Shown piece by piece: positions 12,222 through 25,734 of a stretch of DNA of 64,000 bases (position 1 is its first letter; every line of letters begins with the position of its first letter). The notes beneath the pieces are model-generated. The model searched no databases. It was not told the origin of the DNA and worked only from the letters and a program-made list of their open reading frames with translations. Source of the stretch: Eledone cirrhosa (taxonomy: Eukaryota); contig OZ024760.1 of NCBI GenBank assembly GCA_964016885.1, forward strand, positions 9,300,001 through 9,364,000, read 5' to 3'. A program made the translations under genes and the position numbers.

Positions 12222-13019
12222 GTAAGTACTTGTTTCCTATTTGTTGTTACTGCAAGGCAGGCAATATTTCGATAGTTTTTAACATTAAATCATAATAAAC
12301 GCACACCATTAAGTACTTATCTAATCGATAGGGATGTATTTTGACGTAAAACCTTATGTCAACAAGTGAGCCTATACATGCTCATTGTATGTGCTAGAAA
12401 TAGCGTCCAGATCTCACTCTACTGTTATAAAAAAGGAAGGATATATCTGATGATGTAGTCCTTACTGTGTTCATATTCTGAGTTCAAATCCGACCTTGGT
12501 CAACTTTGCCTTTCATAATTTCATGATGTGATGAAATAGCAGTGAAATACTGGGGTTGGTTTAATATTCCTGTTAAGCAGTCTATATGAGCCGAAACCTT
12601 TCAACCGTATCTAATTAATCAACACACACCAGGTTCATAAATCGATTAATAATGATTTCATTTTTAAGCACAAGGCGAACAATTGAGGGGAAGGAGTAAA
12701 TCAATTATATCGACCTCAGTACTACAACACTCTTCAATAATTATTCATTTAACCCCGCGCCACCTAAAAAAGTAATACGTTTTTTTTTAATTCAGTTAAT
12801 TCTGTCTTTAAAAATATTCTCAAGTCATTCAGCGATCTTACACGGTTGGGAAGAAATTATTGTAAGGAATTAATTATTCATTTACCACCAGAAGAGTCTA
12901 ATTAACGGAACAGCCGTTAACATAAGTGGCTGAGCATTCCACAGACACTGAATGTAATTCTCGGGAGATTTAGCCTGACCCGGTGTGTTACAAAGCTGCC
13001 CTTTTGAATTACACGTATA

Positions 13020-13218
13020 CGAGGGTCGGCTGAACAGTACAAAAGCTGACCAAGATACTCTCCTGGAATGACCAAATGAGGTTTATTTTTCAACATTGTC
13101 CCTGGAAAGAAACAATGCGGTTATTAATAAAAAAGATTTGAAATTAATGCATGCAAGATTTTACAGCTCTAGCATCACTCCTTCATAGTCAGCCTATAAA
13201 CTTTTCAGCCTACCCTCG
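13020..13218. mobile_element. mariner-like MITE, copy 2
   Basis: TA-CGAGGGTCGGCTGAA...TTCAGCCTACCCTCG-TA. Confidence 0.8.
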
Positions 13219-13680
13219 TAGTCCATCTGACGAGCTTCCAATGCAGTTTCTGTCTACCCAATAACCTGTTTTTATTTATGGTACTCCAGTATTCCACATA
13301 CGTATATAGTGAAGGTCTTTAATAACTGCAGTAATCTACTGTAAAGTGGCTGAGTACTCCACGGCTACATACACACTATCATACTATAGTAATCTACTGT
13401 AAAGTGACTGAGTATTTCGCAGCTATAACACATACTATAATATGGAATATTCCACAACCTCATACACCCTATAATATTTTTAGTATTTTATGGTGTAAAG
13501 TGACACTTTAGCATTTAAACTGGACGTATCTGGCCAGAATTCTCTCACCTCTTTCTGTTCAAACTGGCCATAACCAGCTGCTCATACTTATGTTAAGGTA
13601 TTGTTCTAAAAATAAATATCAAAATCTCATAGATTCGATATTATGTGAGATAAAGCCTTTACTGTGAAAATACAATAGTA

Positions 13681-14045
13681 TCATCATCATCATCGTTTAA
13701 CGTTTATCTTCTACGCTAGCATGGGTTTAGACAGGAATTGTCCCACTTGAGGCAAGATTGGTCGTCTCGCTCGTATAGGACTGTCTGGCAGGTTCCAACC
13801 ACGTTTACAGTGTGGACTGGGAGGTTTTTACCGTGTTACCTACACGGCCACATTACAGCGTGGACTGTGTGTTTTTTATTTGTCGTGACACCTACACGAC
13901 CTCATTTATTTAGGACTGGATGTTGTGGTACTAACATAACTTTACAGAGAAAGGGTGGGGGTAGGGTTAGTGGGATGGGAGTGTATGTTTGGTTAAGAGG
14001 TGCCTGCTGACTGTAGGTTTCACTTTGTACTTAGGCAAGGCATGT
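13681..14045 (-). mobile_element. (GAT)n-tailed retroposon (family C)
   Basis: CATCATCATCGTTTAACGT...TTACAGTGTGGACTGGGAGG; other copies at 17581-18071, 18103-18590, 18927-19995, 36855-37020, 62820-63190. Confidence 0.75.
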
Positions 14046-14364
14046 CTAAAGGGTTAAAAGACAAAGTGCTGAGAGGAGCAGAGTTAGAAAATTTTAAAAT
14101 TTGAAGAAGAATTATTAGTTGCTAAACTGAAATTAAAAGTCAAACAAATTCATATCCTGCTAATTTGAATGGGTATTTCAGCTGATGCTTGCTAGAAATA
14201 CTGTTATAAGATCTCTCTGGTAGTTATCTCCTGATAAAGTGACAATAATATCTGAAGTGCACAAAGGTGATATTTTATGTTGTTCTGTGTATACAGAGGG
14301 GATGATAGAAAGTGTGTTTACACTTAATTGTTTTTAACAGCAATGCCTCTGATTAAAAAACTGT

Positions 14365-14653
14365 ATATTTGGGCAGGGTCATGTTCTAATATTGCCAGAA
14401 AAATATAGTAAAACACACTTGAGGAAACATAGAAACTTGATAGTCACTGATGATGTCACAGATGTGTGACGAAAGAACTCTGAGAAACTATATTTAGATT
14501 TTTAACTGTTGGTCACTCAATGAAAAACATTGATTGCCAGCTAAATTATTTATAGAAATATAAAGATATACTGAAGCGAAAACCAAACCAAACAGTGTGT
14601 GTTTTACTATATTTTCTGACAATATTAGAACAACATGACTCTCCCCAAATATA
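14365..14653. mobile_element. MITE with ~55-bp inverted termini
   Basis: ATATTTGGGCAGGGTCATGTTCTAATATTGCCAGAAAAATATAGTAAAACACACT vs AGTGTGTGTTTTACTATATTTTCTGACAATATTAGAACAACATGACTCTCCCCAAATAT. Confidence 0.65.
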
Positions 14654-15014
14654 TCAATATCTGTTTCAACATACGTTCATATCAAAAACCTTGCAACATA
14701 AATACATCACTGTCAAAAACTGTAGTTATATTTATATAATAGTTATCTTAAACTAACATTTGCTGCCAAAATATTTCAGATTAAGTTTTCCCTTTAGCAA
14801 ACTGTTGCTTGTTGGTGGTCTGAGAATTAATATTTAATATTGGATTTTGTTAATGACTGAGGAAGGTCAGAAATATTGACAGCAACTGGTCATGAAATGT
14901 CCTGCTATTTCCATATCTTCTGTTCCTCTACTACAGCAGTGCCTGGGTTTGTGGCCAAAGATTGGAATTAATTAAAATAACAATTAGTAGTTAGTTTTAT
15001 CTAAGGCGGTGAAT

Positions 15015-15925
15015 TGGTAGAGTTGTTAGAACGTCTGATAGAAAGTTTTGGTAGAGTTGTTAGAACGTCTGATAGAAAGTTTTGGTAGAGTTGTTAGAAC
15101 GTCTGATAGAAAGTTTTGGTAGAGTTGTTAGAACGTCTGATAGAATGTTTTGGTAGAGTTGTTAGAACGTCTGATAGAAAGTTTTGGTAGAGTTGTTAGA
15201 ACGTCTGATAGAATGTTTTGGTAGAGTTGTTAGAACGTCTGATAGAATGTTTTGGTAGAGTTGTTAGAACGTCAGAATGTTTTGGTAGAGTTGTTAGAAC
15301 GTCTGATAGAAAGTTTTGGTAGAGTTGTTAGAACGTCTGATAGAATGTTTTGGTAGAGTTGTTAGAACGTCTGATAGAATGTTTTGGTAGAGTTGTTAGA
15401 ACGTCTGATAGAAAGTTTTGGTAGAGTTGTTAGAACGTCCGATAGAAAGTTTTGGTAGAGTTGTTAGAACGTCAGATAGAATGTTTTGGTAGAGTTGTTA
15501 GAACGTCTGATAGATGTTTTGGTAGAGTTGTTAGAACGTCTGATAGAAAGTTTTGGTAGAGTTGTTAGAACGTCAGATAGAAAGTTTTGGTAGAGATGTT
15601 AGAACGTCAGATAGAATGTTTTGGTAGAGTTGTTAGAATGTCTGATAGAATGTTTTGGTAGAGTTGTTAGAACGTCAGATAGAATGTTTTGGTAGAGTTG
15701 TTAAAATGTCTGATAGAATGTTTTGGTAGAGTTGTTAGAACGTCAGATAGAATGTTTTGGTAGAGTTGTTAGAACGTCAGATAGAATGTTTTGGTAGAGT
15801 TGTTAGAACGTCAGATAGAATGTTTTGGTAGAGTTGTTAGAACGTCTGATAGAAAGTTTTGGTAGAGTTGTTAGAACGTCTGATAGAATGTTTTGGTAGA
15901 GTTGTTAGAATGTCAGAATGTTTTG
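15015..15925 (+). repeat. 34-bp minisatellite (~27 copies) expanded inside the head of a family A-like SINE (15005-16030)
   Basis: TGGTAGAGTTGTTAGAACGTCTGATAGAA(A/T)GTTT; the SINE resumes with CAGTTCAAATCCTGCCGAGGTCAACTTTGCCTTTCAT. Confidence 0.9.
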
Positions 15926-16039
15926 TGGTATTTGTTCCAGCTTTCTCTTCTCTCAGTTCAAATCCTGCCGAGGTCAACTTTGCCTTTCATACTTTCGAGG
16001 TCAGCAAAAAGAGTCAATCTAGTACTGATATTTTCTCTC

Positions 16040-16188
16040 TCAGAGGGATGAGAATAGAGAGAGGCAGGGAGGGAGGGGTGAGACTGATTAACAGGAGAGG
16101 GATAAGACAGAGAGAGAAGTGAGACTGAGAAAGAGGGAGGTAAGACTAAGAGAGAGAGAGAAGTAAAACAGAGAAAGAGAGAGAGGTA

Positions 16189-16238
<50 letters not shown>

Positions 16239-16300
16239 CTGAGAGGGGTAAGACAGAGAGAGAGATAGTGGGGTAAGAGAGAGATAGAGGGGTGAGAGAG
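16040..16300. repeat. (AG)n / purine-rich tract
   Basis: GAGAGA runs. Confidence 0.9.
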
Positions 16301-16424
16301 AACAATGTTGGTTGTGTAAATTAATAAAAATGTGTGTTGGTGAATGACTGAACAGAAATGGAGTGTGAGGTGTGTGTGTGTGTGTGGGGGGGGGGGGTTA
16401 TATTAAACACTCCAGCTGCGGATG

Positions 16425-17107
16425 ATACTACTACTAATAATATAACTACACACCACCACCGTCAACACCATCACCACCACCACCACCACCTTCACCTTCA
16501 CTACCACTATCAACACCACCACCACCACCGTCAACACCATCACCACCACCACCACCACCTTCACCTTCACTACCACTATCAACACCACCACCACCACCAC
16601 CGTCAACACCATCACCGCCACCACCATCACCGCCACCACCTTCACCTTCACCATCACTACCACAATCAACACCACCACCACCACCACCATCAACACCACC
16701 ACCATCACACCACCTTCACCACCCCCTTCACCATCAACACCACCACCACCACCATCAACACCACCATCTTCATCAATATCATCACCATCACCACTACCTT
16801 CACCAACACCACCTCCATCTTCAACATCTTCTCAATCAACACCACCATCTTCACCACCACTACCACTACCACCTTCACCAACACCACCACCACCACCAAC
16901 ACCACCACCACCATCACCACCACTACCACCACCACCTTCACCAACACCACCATCACCACCACTACCACCACCACCTTCACCACCACCACCTTCACCAACA
17001 CCACCACCACCACCATCACCACCACCACCTTCACCATCACCACCACCACCTTCACCAACACCACAATCACCACCACCACCTTCACCATCATCACCACCAC
17101 CACCACC
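16425..17107. repeat. (CAC)n-type trinucleotide tract
   Basis: CAC/CAT/TAC/TTC triplets; source of the spurious His/Thr/Val ORFs. Confidence 0.9.
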
Positions 17108-17580
17108 CTGCTGCTGCTACAATTAGTGTTTGTAGTTAATAATTCTATGACTCATTGTATATACAGTATATATTGTATATATGCTGTATATATAATGAAA
17201 ACAGTATATATGGTATACATACAGTATATATTATATATATGCTGTATATATTGTATATATAATATTTGACATCCATTTTTCCATGTTAGCATGGGTTACA
17301 TGAGTTGTCCCATTGTGAGACAAGTCAGATCAGGTGACCATGTCTTGCACATTCAGAACTGTTTCTGGTTTGGTTTCTACAGCTAGATGCCCTTCCTTAT
17401 GTCACCTACATTTACAGTGTGGGCTGGGCTACTTTTTATCATGTCACAACAAAAAGCACCCAGTCTGAACTATAATGTAGTTGTTTGGTGTCATGACAAA
17501 AAGCACCCAGTACACACTGTATAGTGGTCATATATATAATATATTCAATGTATACAGTATATATTGTATATACAATATAT

Positions 17581-18590
17581 CATCATCATCATCATCAACG
17601 TTTAACGTCCGTGTTCCACGCTTGCATGGGTTTGGACGGGGGTAGTCCCACTTGAGGCAAGAGTGATTGTCTTGTTCGCATAGGACTGTCTGGCAGGTTT
17701 TCTACAGTTGGATGCCCTTCCTAACACCAACCACATTTACAGTGTGGGTCTGGGAGGTTTTTACCGTGTTGCCTACACGGCCACATTACAGCGTGGACTG
17801 TGTGTTTTTTTGTCGTGACACCTACACGATCTCATTTGTTTCGGCCTGGATGGTGTGGCACCAACATAACTTTACATAGAACGGGGTGGTGTGGATGGGG
17901 TGGGGGTGGTGGGACGGGGGGGTATTTTGTTAGAGATGCCTACTGGCTGTAGTAGGTTTTACTATGTATTTAGGTAAGGCGGGTCTTCTCTGTTACTGAG
18001 TACCGCCAAAGGTCTCGGTCCAGTGACATTGTCTTGGAGAGGTGTAAGTGTGTGAGGTCGGAGTTTATCAGCTCGTATATACAGTATATATATGGAATGA
18101 CTTGATAAATTCCGACATCACACACTTACACCTCTCCAAGACAATGTCACTGGACCGAGATCTTTGGCGCTACACAGTCATACAGAAGACCCGCCTTACC
18201 TAAGTACAAAGCGAAACCTACAGTCAGTAGGCACCGCTAACAAAATACACCCCGTCCCACTACCTCCACCCCATCCACACCACCCCCTTAAATGTAAAGT
18301 TATGTTGGTACCACAACATCCAGTCCTAAATAAATGGGGTCGTGTAGGTGTCACGACAAAAAAAACACACAGTCCACGCTGTAATGTGGCCGTGTAGGTA
18401 ACATGGTAAAAACCTCCCAGTCCACACTGTAAACGTGGTTAGTGTTAGGAAGGGCATCCAGCCGTAGAAAACCCGCCAGACAGTCCTACATGAGCAGGAC
18501 AACCAATCTTGCCTCAAGTGGGAAAACTCCCGTCCAAACCCATGCGAGCGTGGAAGATGGACGTTAAACGATGATGATGATGATAATGAT
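17581..18590. repeat. Inverted pair of family C retroposons separated by ~30 bp
   Basis: 17581-18071 is the reverse complement of 18103-18590 (e.g. GTCCAGTGACATTGTCTTGGAGAGGTGTAAGTGTGTG / CACACACTTACACCTCTCCAAGACAATGTCACTGGAC). Confidence 0.9.
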
Positions 18591-18629
18591 ATATATATAT
18601 ATATATACATACATACACATATTGTATAC

Positions 18630-18860
18630 AGTATATTTTGCAAGAGATGTCAACATGAATGGACCTGTTATTTTTATCTAAAGACATTTTTTCCAATTCC
18701 ACCCCGCCCGTCCCCTGAATCCATCTTATTTCTCATTCTTTCTTCTGATGAAGGACTAGTGTCCGAAACGTTAAGACCCTCTTCCTGCTATATCACGCAT
18801 TAACCTAATATATACCTTCCATATACTCTACCATTTGTCTTGTTATTTCTGTTTACCTTT
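18630..18860 (+). mobile_element. Penelope-like element terminal fragment
   Basis: TCTGATGAAGGACTAGTGTCCGAAACGTT motif typical of PLE ends; a reverse-complement copy lies at ~62500-62530. Confidence 0.45.
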
Positions 18861-19029
18861 TACATACATACATATATATATATATGTATATATGGACATA
18901 CATACACATATTGTATACAGTATATATCATCATCATCATCATCATTGTTTAACGTTCCTGTTCCACGCTTGCATGGGTTTGGACGGGAGTTTTCCCACTT
19001 GAGGCAAGAGTGGCTGTCTTGCTCGCATA

Positions 19030-19820
19030 GGACTGTCTGGCGGGTTTTCTACAGTTGGATGCCCTTCCTAACACCAACCACATTTACAGTGTGGGACTGG
19101 GAGGTTTTTACCGTGTTGCCTACACGGCCACATTACAGCGTGGACTGTCTGGCGGGTTTTCTACAGCTGGATGCCCTTCCTAACACCAACCACATTTACA
19201 GTGTGGAGCTGGGAGGTTTTTACCGTGTTGCCTACACGGCCACATTACAGCGTGGACTGTCTGGCGGGTTTTCTACAGCTGGATGCCCTTCCTAACACCA
19301 ACCACATTTACAGTGTGGGGCTGGGAGGTTTTTACCGTGTTGCCTACACGGCCACATTACAGCGTGGACTGTCTGGCGGGTTTTCTACAGCTGGATGCCC
19401 TTCCTAACACCAACCACATTTACAGTGTGGGGCTGGGAGGTTTTTACCGTGTTGCCTACACGGCCACATTACAGCGTGGACTGTGTGGCGGGTTTTCTAC
19501 AGCTGGATGCCCTTCCTAACACCAACCACATTTACAGTGTGGGGCTGGGAGGTTTTTACCGTGTTGCCTACACGGCCACATTACAGCGTGGACTGTCTGG
19601 CGGGTTTTCTACAGCTGGATGCCCTTCCTAACACCAACCACATTTACAGTGTGGGGCTGGGAGGTTTTTACCGTGTTGCCTACACGGCCACATTACAGCG
19701 TGGACTGTCTGGCGGGTTTTCTACAGCTGGATGCCCTTCCTAACACCAACCACATTTACAGTGTGGGGCTGGGAGGTTTTTACCGTGTTGCCTACACGGC
19801 CACATTACAGCGTGGACTGT
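19030..19820. repeat. 112-bp tandem array x7 inside a family C retroposon
   Basis: GGACTGTCTGGCGGGTTTTCTACAGCTGGATGCCCTTCC...CACATTACAGCGT; period 112 (repeated ORF starts 19171/19283/19395). Confidence 0.95.
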
Positions 19821-20104
19821 GTGTTTTTTTTGTCATGACACCTACACGATCTCATTTGTTTCGGCCTGGATTTTGTGGCACCAACATAACTTTACATTGA
19901 AAGGGGCGGTGTGGATGGGGTGGGGGTGGTGGGACGGGGGTGTATTTTGTTAGAGATGCCTACTGACTGTAGTAGGTTTTACTTTGTATTTAGGTATATA
20001 TATATATATATATATATACACTATGTACACTATATACACTATGTACACTATATACACTATGTACACTATGTATACTATATATCGATTCCAACTTGTCAAC
20101 TCCA

Positions 20105-20655
20105 TCTGCACTACTATGTAGTTTTATGGTGTAAAGTGGCTGAGTGCTCCACAACTACATACACACTATAATACAATAGTAATCTACAGTAAAGTGGCTG
20201 AGTACTCCACGGCTACACTATAGTACTCCAGTTTTATCGTGTAAAGTGGCTGAGTGCTCCACAACTACATACACACTATAATACAATAGTAATCTACAGT
20301 AAAGTGGCTGAGTACTCCACAACTACATACACACTATAATACAATAGTAATCTACAGTAAAGTGGCTGAGTACTCCACGGCTACACTATAGTACTCCAGT
20401 TTTATCGTGTAAAGTGGCTGAGTGCTCCACAACTACATACACACTATAATACAATAGTAATCTACTGTAAAGCGGCTGAGTACTCCACGGCTACACTATA
20501 GTACTCCAGTTTTATGGTGTAAAGTGGCTGAGTGCTCCACAACTACATACACACTATAATACAATAGTAATCTACAGTAAAGTGGCTGAGTACTCCACGG
20601 CTACACTATAATACTCCAGTTTTATGGTGTAAAGTGGCTGAGTATATCACAGCCA
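20105..20655. repeat. Composite minisatellite with core GTAAAGTGGCTGAGT(A/G)CTCCAC
   Basis: Alternating subunits; a related array lies at 13325-13500. Confidence 0.85.
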
Positions 20656-21142
20656 CTTGTTACATTCTAAGTAGCATCTGTGTTAAGTCTTGACCATCTA
20701 GGAATGGTTCTATCATGGAATGTAACTACAATTGATATATCATCATCATCATCATCATCATCATCAGGTTTAGCGTCCGTGTTCCACGCTTGCATGGGTT
20801 TGGACGACACATAATATAATCCCCCCCCCCCTCCTATCTCCCCACAACAGACAACTTGTCTAACCCATGCTAACGTGGAAGAGTGGATGTAAAACGGTGA
20901 TGATGAAATAAATGTTAAGACAGAAGTTACATAATCATATTTATTATTATACGCATTTCTGTGACACTAGCATGGAGCAGTTGTGCATCTCCAGACTTTT
21001 GCGAACATGGTTACATTAGCCAACAACATATCGACCCAGTCACATAATAGTATTAACACCTGATGATGTCACACCGGTGCAGATCGCAGTCATAACAATT
21101 GCACAACAGCACAAAGCCGGTACCACAGAAATACGTATAAAA

Positions 21143-21955
21143 ATTGTTTCTACTTTAGGCACAAGGTTAGCAATTTGAAGGGGAGTGGAAAGTCGATTAA
21201 ATCAACTCCAGTGTATTACTGGTACTTTATTTTATTGACCCTGTGGATTGGCAGTATCGGTAGAGGGTCGGACGCCATGCTTTGACGCATAGAGTTACGT
21301 CCCTTGCCATTCTGAGTTCAAATCTCGCCGAGGTTAACTTTGCCTTTCATCCTTACGGGGTCGATGAAATAAAGTACCAGTAATGAACTGGGTAATTGCT
21401 GGCCTTGTGCCAAAAGTAGTAACAGTTATTTCTCTTTACAGTACCAGTAATACACTGGGTATTTGCTGGCCTTGTGCCAAAAGTAGAAACAGTTATTTCT
21501 CTTTACAGTACCAGTAATGAACTGGGTAATTGCTGGCCTTGTGCCAAAAGTAGAAACAGTTATTTATTGACCCTGTAAGAATGAAAGGCAAAGCTAACTT
21601 TGGCGGGATTTGAACTCAGAACGTAAAGGGGCCGAAACTCTGTGCCACAATACATGGTGTCCGATGCTGTACTGATACTGCCAATCCACCGCCCTGGAAA
21701 TATGTATAATAATTGTTTCTACTTTTGGCACAGGGCCAGCAATTACCCAGTGCATTACTGGTACTTTATATGTATACTAATTGTCTCTACTTTAGGCACA
21801 AGGCCAGCAATTACCCAGTACATTACTGGTACTTTATTTTATCGATCCCATAAGGATGAAAGGCAAAGTCAACCTCGGCGGGATTTGAACTCAGATCGTA
21901 AAGGGACGTAACTATGCTGGAAAGCATAGTTACGTCCGACCCTCTACCGATACAT
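21143..21955. mobile_element. Cluster of family A SINEs in both orientations with tandemly duplicated tails
   Basis: Family A motifs on both strands; tail GTACCAGTAAT...GGCCTTGTGCCAAAAGTAGAAACAGTTATTT x3. Confidence 0.8.
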
Positions 21956-22197
21956 GTATAATAATAAATATGATTCTAAACCCATGCTAGCGTGGAAGAT
22001 AGACGTTAAACGATGATGATGATGATGATGATGATGATTATGTAACTTGAGTTTATTTTATAAATGATAACTCCATTACATTTGATTGCCATCTGTGAGT
22101 TGGATTGATGCAACTGACGTGGTGTACTCTGCACGCTTAATCCCATTTATCAATGAGGAGTAATTACGCACCTTTTACAGATAACACAGCAACTAGA

Positions 22198-22543
22198 TAT
22201 ATATGTATGTGTGCGTGTGTGTATGTGTGTGTATATATGTGTGTGTATGTGTGTGTATGTGTGTGTATATGTGTGTATGTATGTGTGTGTGTATATATGT
22301 GTGTGTATATATGTGTGTGTATGTATGTGTGTGTGTACATATGTATGTATGTGCATGTATCTGTACGTGTGTGTGTATATATATGTATGTGTGCGTGTGT
22401 GTATGTGTGTGTATATATGTGTGTATGTATGTGTGTGTATATATGTGTGTGTATGTATGTGTGTGTACATATGTATGTGTATGTGTGTGTACATAAGTAT
22501 GTGTGTATGTGTGTGTATATATATGTATGTGCATGTGTCTGTA

Positions 22544-22585
<42 letters not shown>

Positions 22586-22665
22586 CATGTATGTATGCGT
22601 GTATGTGCTTGTATGTATGTAAATGTGTGATGAATATAGGTATGTGTTTATGTATGTGTGTTGTG
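22198..22665. repeat. (TG/TATG)n compound microsatellite
   Basis: Direct inspection. Confidence 0.95.
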
Positions 22666-23029
22666 GATTTAGTTACGGCCCTTGCTATTCTGAGTTCAAA
22701 TCCCACCGAGGTTAACTTTGCCTTTCATCCTTACGGGGTCGATAAAATAAAGTACCAGTAATGCACTGGGATAATTGCCGGCCTTGTGCCAAAAGTAGAA
22801 ACAATTATTTTATAAATGTTCACCAGTAGAGAGAGAGAGAGAGAGAGAGACACACAGACAGTTTCTAACATAGAAACAAGACTCTTTCATTGGAATTTAG
22901 ACATTAACTACATAAAGACGTATGTATTTGTGTGTATGTGTGCAGGTATGGGTGTTATTGCGTGTGTGGATGTGTATGATTTCAGTTATATCTATATACG
23001 TGCATATGTTTCTGTATCTATACATGTGT

Positions 23030-24540
23030 GCATGCAGTTATTACCTGCTGAATTTCTGAAATGTTTTGCACCATTAATGGGCTGTACTTGTAACTTCTTA
23101 ACCAGCTGTACCCTTTCTGGTTGTGTGAAGCCCAGCTTCTTATGATTTATACTGTGGCAGTTAGTAACATATGCCAGAGCCCCAATAATCACAGGTATAA
23201 ATCTGAAGGTATAGTCAAGGGGAAATATCTGCAGATTCCTCATTAGTTCAGCATAAATGTTCTACTTTTCACTAATTTTTAGCATTTTAATTGTATTAAC
23301 ATCTGCTGGGCAGCTGATTTCTACTACTGTGCATGTCTTCTTTTCTCTGTCTCATATCACTATGTCTGGTCTGGTCTGTTATGTTTGATTTTATTTGGGT
23401 TTTGACTGGAACATTCCACCAGTATTCTTTCATATTGTGCATGTATATGTCCTCCACATCACTGTAACTTTATATACGTTATGTTTTAGGACTGTCCTTT
23501 CTGCAGGTTGCATTGCATAGTATTTTGGCCACTACACCATGCCACATAGGTCAATAGTATCGTGGTGACATCTTTGGAAAGTTGCTTATGACAAGGCTGA
23601 CATCTTCCATGTTTATTCCACAGAGTCTGTATCTGTTGTCACATCGAGGTGGTTTTCCTGCATCCCTATCTCTTTTATGCATTAGGTATTTTGTGTTGAT
23701 TTCCTGTTCTTGGATTATAAAAGCATATCCTTCAAAGTGAGAGCCATTATATCCAAGATAGATTACTTTGCTTATCTATATTACTCTCACTTTGAAGCTT
23801 TCTGGTAACATAGCCATGTATGAATTTTTGCTGATAAGCATCCAGGTTTTCATTTTTGGATTCATTGCAGTACTGCTGTGCAATTTCCCTGGGTGTTAGT
23901 TTTTGATTATCCTGCAGGGAGTATTTCACAAGGAGCTCCTTCCCAACTCCCATGATATTATCTGTCTCATGTAGACAGACTTGTTCTGTAGCTGGGCTTC
24001 TATGCTTAGTGGTTTGTAGATGTTGTAGGGATGTGATGCGACACCCAAATGCTGTTTTAGTTGATGTTAAGCCTCTGTCTCCTTGTTTATGTTTCAAGTA
24101 GTGGCAGTCTATGTCACTGTTAATGTGGACATTTCTGGTGTTGGTTAGAACTTTTTGGGTTTTAATATCAACAGCTTGGATCTCATCTAGTGTCCAGTCA
24201 AGTAGCCCAAATGTTTGTGTCAGTATAAGCACAGCAAACACATTGTTGGCCACAGATTGTATGAAGAGAGTTCCAAAGACCATATTTTTCTTATCCGGGT
24301 GTAATATTCCTTGGTTACTCATTCCTTGTTACAAATACCATCATAGCAGTCCTTATCAGATACCAGTGAAACAGTCAGGCCATTGATAGAGATGTTGCTA
24401 AATTGTCTTGTAGTTTATCTTTACTTTACAATAATATAGGAAATTTTATCCTGACTAAACTCCATTCCTATATCTTTCAAGAATGTCGTAACCAGGTCAA
24501 GGCTTTCTTCATACCATTTATATTCTTGACATAAAGTTGT
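23030..24540 (-). mobile_element. Decayed R4/Dong-like non-LTR retrotransposon (RT C-terminus, Zn-knuckle remnant, restriction-like endonuclease)
   Basis: Minus strand NNVFAVLILTQTFGLLDWTLDEIQAVDIKTQK...YLK..QGDRGL, then RPDIVI and FRFIPVIIGAL..LQVQPINGA; multiple frameshifts. Confidence 0.75.
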
Positions 24541-25734
24541 ATATATGTACGTTAGTAGTGTGTGTGTATGTGTGTGTGTGTATGTATTATGTGTGTGTAT
24601 GTATATGTATGTGTATGGTATGTAAATATATGTATGTAATACCCCAAATGACGTGTCTCATATAGCCTCTGACAATCAAAGCCCAGCTCTTAACCTTCCC
24701 CTGGTGGATATGTTTGGTAATGACACGTAGAAGCGGCAAAGGTGAATTACTGGTACCTTAACCCTTTAGCATTCACATTACTCTATATATACTATTGTAT
24801 TTTCATGGTAAAGGCTTTATCTCACATAATTATCTCTCATAATGTCGAATCTATGAGATTTTGAAAGTATTTATTTTGAGAACAATACCTTAACATCAGT
24901 ATGAGTGGCCAGTTACAGCCAGTTTCAACAGAAAGAGGTAGAGAATTCTGGCTGGTTCGGTCATTAAAGGGTTAAAACCAGTTGATCCACGTAGACAGAA
25001 CTTGTCAGCCATTGGTGACAGTCTGTCTAGAAAAAAGGCCACTGATTTCAAAACTGGAGAATATGGGACTCTTTTATCATAATTATGACACCCCATGTGT
25101 GTGTGTGGGAACTAAGAAATCCTCTTGGTTGGTGACATGGCACACAGTAAGTTCACTGAGAGTGAAGGACCTCTAGCTGTTGTTCTGTCATTCTTCTAAG
25201 AGAAGGAACCTCTGATGTGGAACCTGTGGTTTATGTGATTACTGGTCATTTTACTTAGACTTGTCATCAGATAATATTCAACGAGACTTAGAGATTGGTA
25301 CTCGTGTTCTAGCTTTTGTCACTATAACCCATGAGTACAGATGTTTATTTTTACAATCTTCTTATCTGTCATTCTATCTGTTTATCTTCGGTGCCTTATG
25401 TTGTTTTTCTGGTATAAGCCAAGACTGAATTCTTGGCACTACTTTTATCGAAGTAGATATATCACTGTGTTGTTGAGGTGTCATTCTAGACTGTGTCAAT
25501 AAAATACCATCACTTCCATAGTTTCCTCACTGAGACTTAGAAAAGGCTTGCCGAATACAAGCCGAAACCACTTGGCACCGCTGCTGGGATTTTACCTACC
25601 TCTATACACACTCTGCTCCTTCCCGGGCATAGAGTACTCCCCTGATTTGTGGTCTGACTGATCTCAGCACTGTAGACTCTCACTCTCCTCTGCCATATGT
25701 TGTATGTTTATTGTCTAGTTGGTCTATCTACTTG

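Noticed and set aside
16358-17269. His-rich/Thr-rich 303-aa mucin-like ORF
   Set aside because: CAC triplet microsatellite with frame slips and no credible splice sites or signal peptide
19171-19900. Repeated 78-aa ORFs (MPFLTPTTFTVW...)
   Set aside because: Artefact of the 112-bp tandem array in a retroposon tail
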